From: Takakia lepidozioides
Taxonomy: Eukaryota > Plantae > Bryophyta
Assembly (NCBI GenBank): GCA_030704615.1
Contig: CM060731.1
Coordinates: 74,524,001-74,588,000, forward strand
DNA length: 64,000 nt
Direction of reading: 5' to 3'
Position 1 is the stretch's first letter, and each line of letters starts with the position of its first letter. Below are positions 63,291 through 64,000 of this stretch, one piece after another. The translations under genes were made by a program, and so were the position numbers. The notes below the pieces were generated by a model. That model was not told the DNA's origin. It made no database searches and worked only from the letters and a program-made list of their open reading frames with translations.

Positions 63291-63584
63291 CTATGTGGCA
63301 TTGCATTCGCAGAGAGCTTGGGACGTCCATTTTGGGTGGACCGTAGCATGCTTTGACCCTCCTACCACATCCCCCAACACAGTATGTTTCTTAACATCGT
63401 TGAGATATGGTAAAGGAGCGTTAGTGATGTATGCCTCTTTGATGTATATAGCCGCATACTCAGCTGGCACATCAGGGTAGCCCTCACTTACCTTGCAGCC
63501 TTGTAGAGAACATATAATCCCTGATCCAACCTTTGTCCGTTTGGACATCACATTAAGGAGCCGAACTTGGTCTCCCACCTTAAA
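63291..63584 (-). CDS. Terminal exon resembling the C-terminal domain of En/Spm Tnp1-type accessory proteins; upstream exons not identified
   Basis: Acceptor GACAG, then FKVGDQVRLLN...VGSGIIC...AIYIKEAYITNAPLPY...LGDVVG...W; pattern recognition only. Confidence 0.45.
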   Translation of the reverse strand, partial: FKVGDQVRLLNVMSKRTKVGSGIICSLQGCKVSEGYPDVPAEYAAIYIKEAYITNAPLPYLNDVKKHTVLGDVVGGSKHATVHPKWTSQALCECNAT

Positions 63585-64000
63585 CTGTCATCCCAGCACC
63601 CACCAGCAAAAACAATGAGTGAAAATACCATGCACACTAGACTACGGAGGTCCAAGCATTATAGTACTTAAGTACCGGGAGGGGGGCTGCAACTATTAAT
63701 AAGGATGGATGGAGGGAGAGGAGGGAGGAAGGGTAGGCAGGAAGGTCTACAGCCAACAAGTTGCAGCAAACAACATACATACACACACACACATTTCAAT
63801 TTCGTTCTCTCTACCTACCTACCCAAAAGGCTATGCCAAACACAAGGTCTTATGAGTACTTTCTGTACCTACCCTTGGCAATAAACTGAAGTAAATCCCT
63901 CACAATGGTCTCCTACTGGATGCGGAGTCTATGACCACAAGGATACAAGAAACGTGAAGGACGGTAGTCTATACTCCAGTGGCCACATAAACAAAATTGG

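Larger units (their letters stand above)
35920..64000. mobile_element. Putative giant cargo-carrying DNA transposon (Sola2-like transposase); boundaries inferred, right end not seen
   Basis: Subterminal-type array at the left, then TE-type genes and gene fragments with related intronic short-repeat arrays, and no intact housekeeping gene recognised. TIR pair and TSD not identified. Confidence 0.45.

Overview
Eukaryotic plant nuclear DNA with GT-AG introns; the gene and TE content suggests a bryophyte-grade land plant (inference). Three host genes can be spliced into open frames on the minus strand: a PRKRIP1 homolog (3 exons), a secreted cysteine-rich protein (3 exons, DUF7866-like) and a UIM/EF-hand MINDY-3/4-type deubiquitinase (7 exons). 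The rest is mostly transposons. The most notable system is at 1-11080: decayed copies of a Ty3/Gypsy family whose polyprotein reads GAG - protease - DNMT3-like C5 cytosine methyltransferase - RT - RNase H - integrase - PHD finger, so the element carries both a methylation writer and a histone-tail reader. Two copies are fused head-to-head through a 32-bp fold-back palindrome. From about 35.9 kb to the window end lies what appears to be a very large cargo-carrying DNA transposon. It has an intron-containing DDD (Sola2-like) transposase, a coiled-coil/RING-H2 gene, an En/Spm Tnp1-like exon and a captured senataxin-like helicase exon. A very young 10.8-kb Ty3/Gypsy element (TSD GTGTC) splits its transposase. 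Also present are a LINE 3' fragment, a long-TIR foldback element and a TTAA-flanked piggyBac-like element. All family assignments come from motif recognition by eye; no database searches were run.
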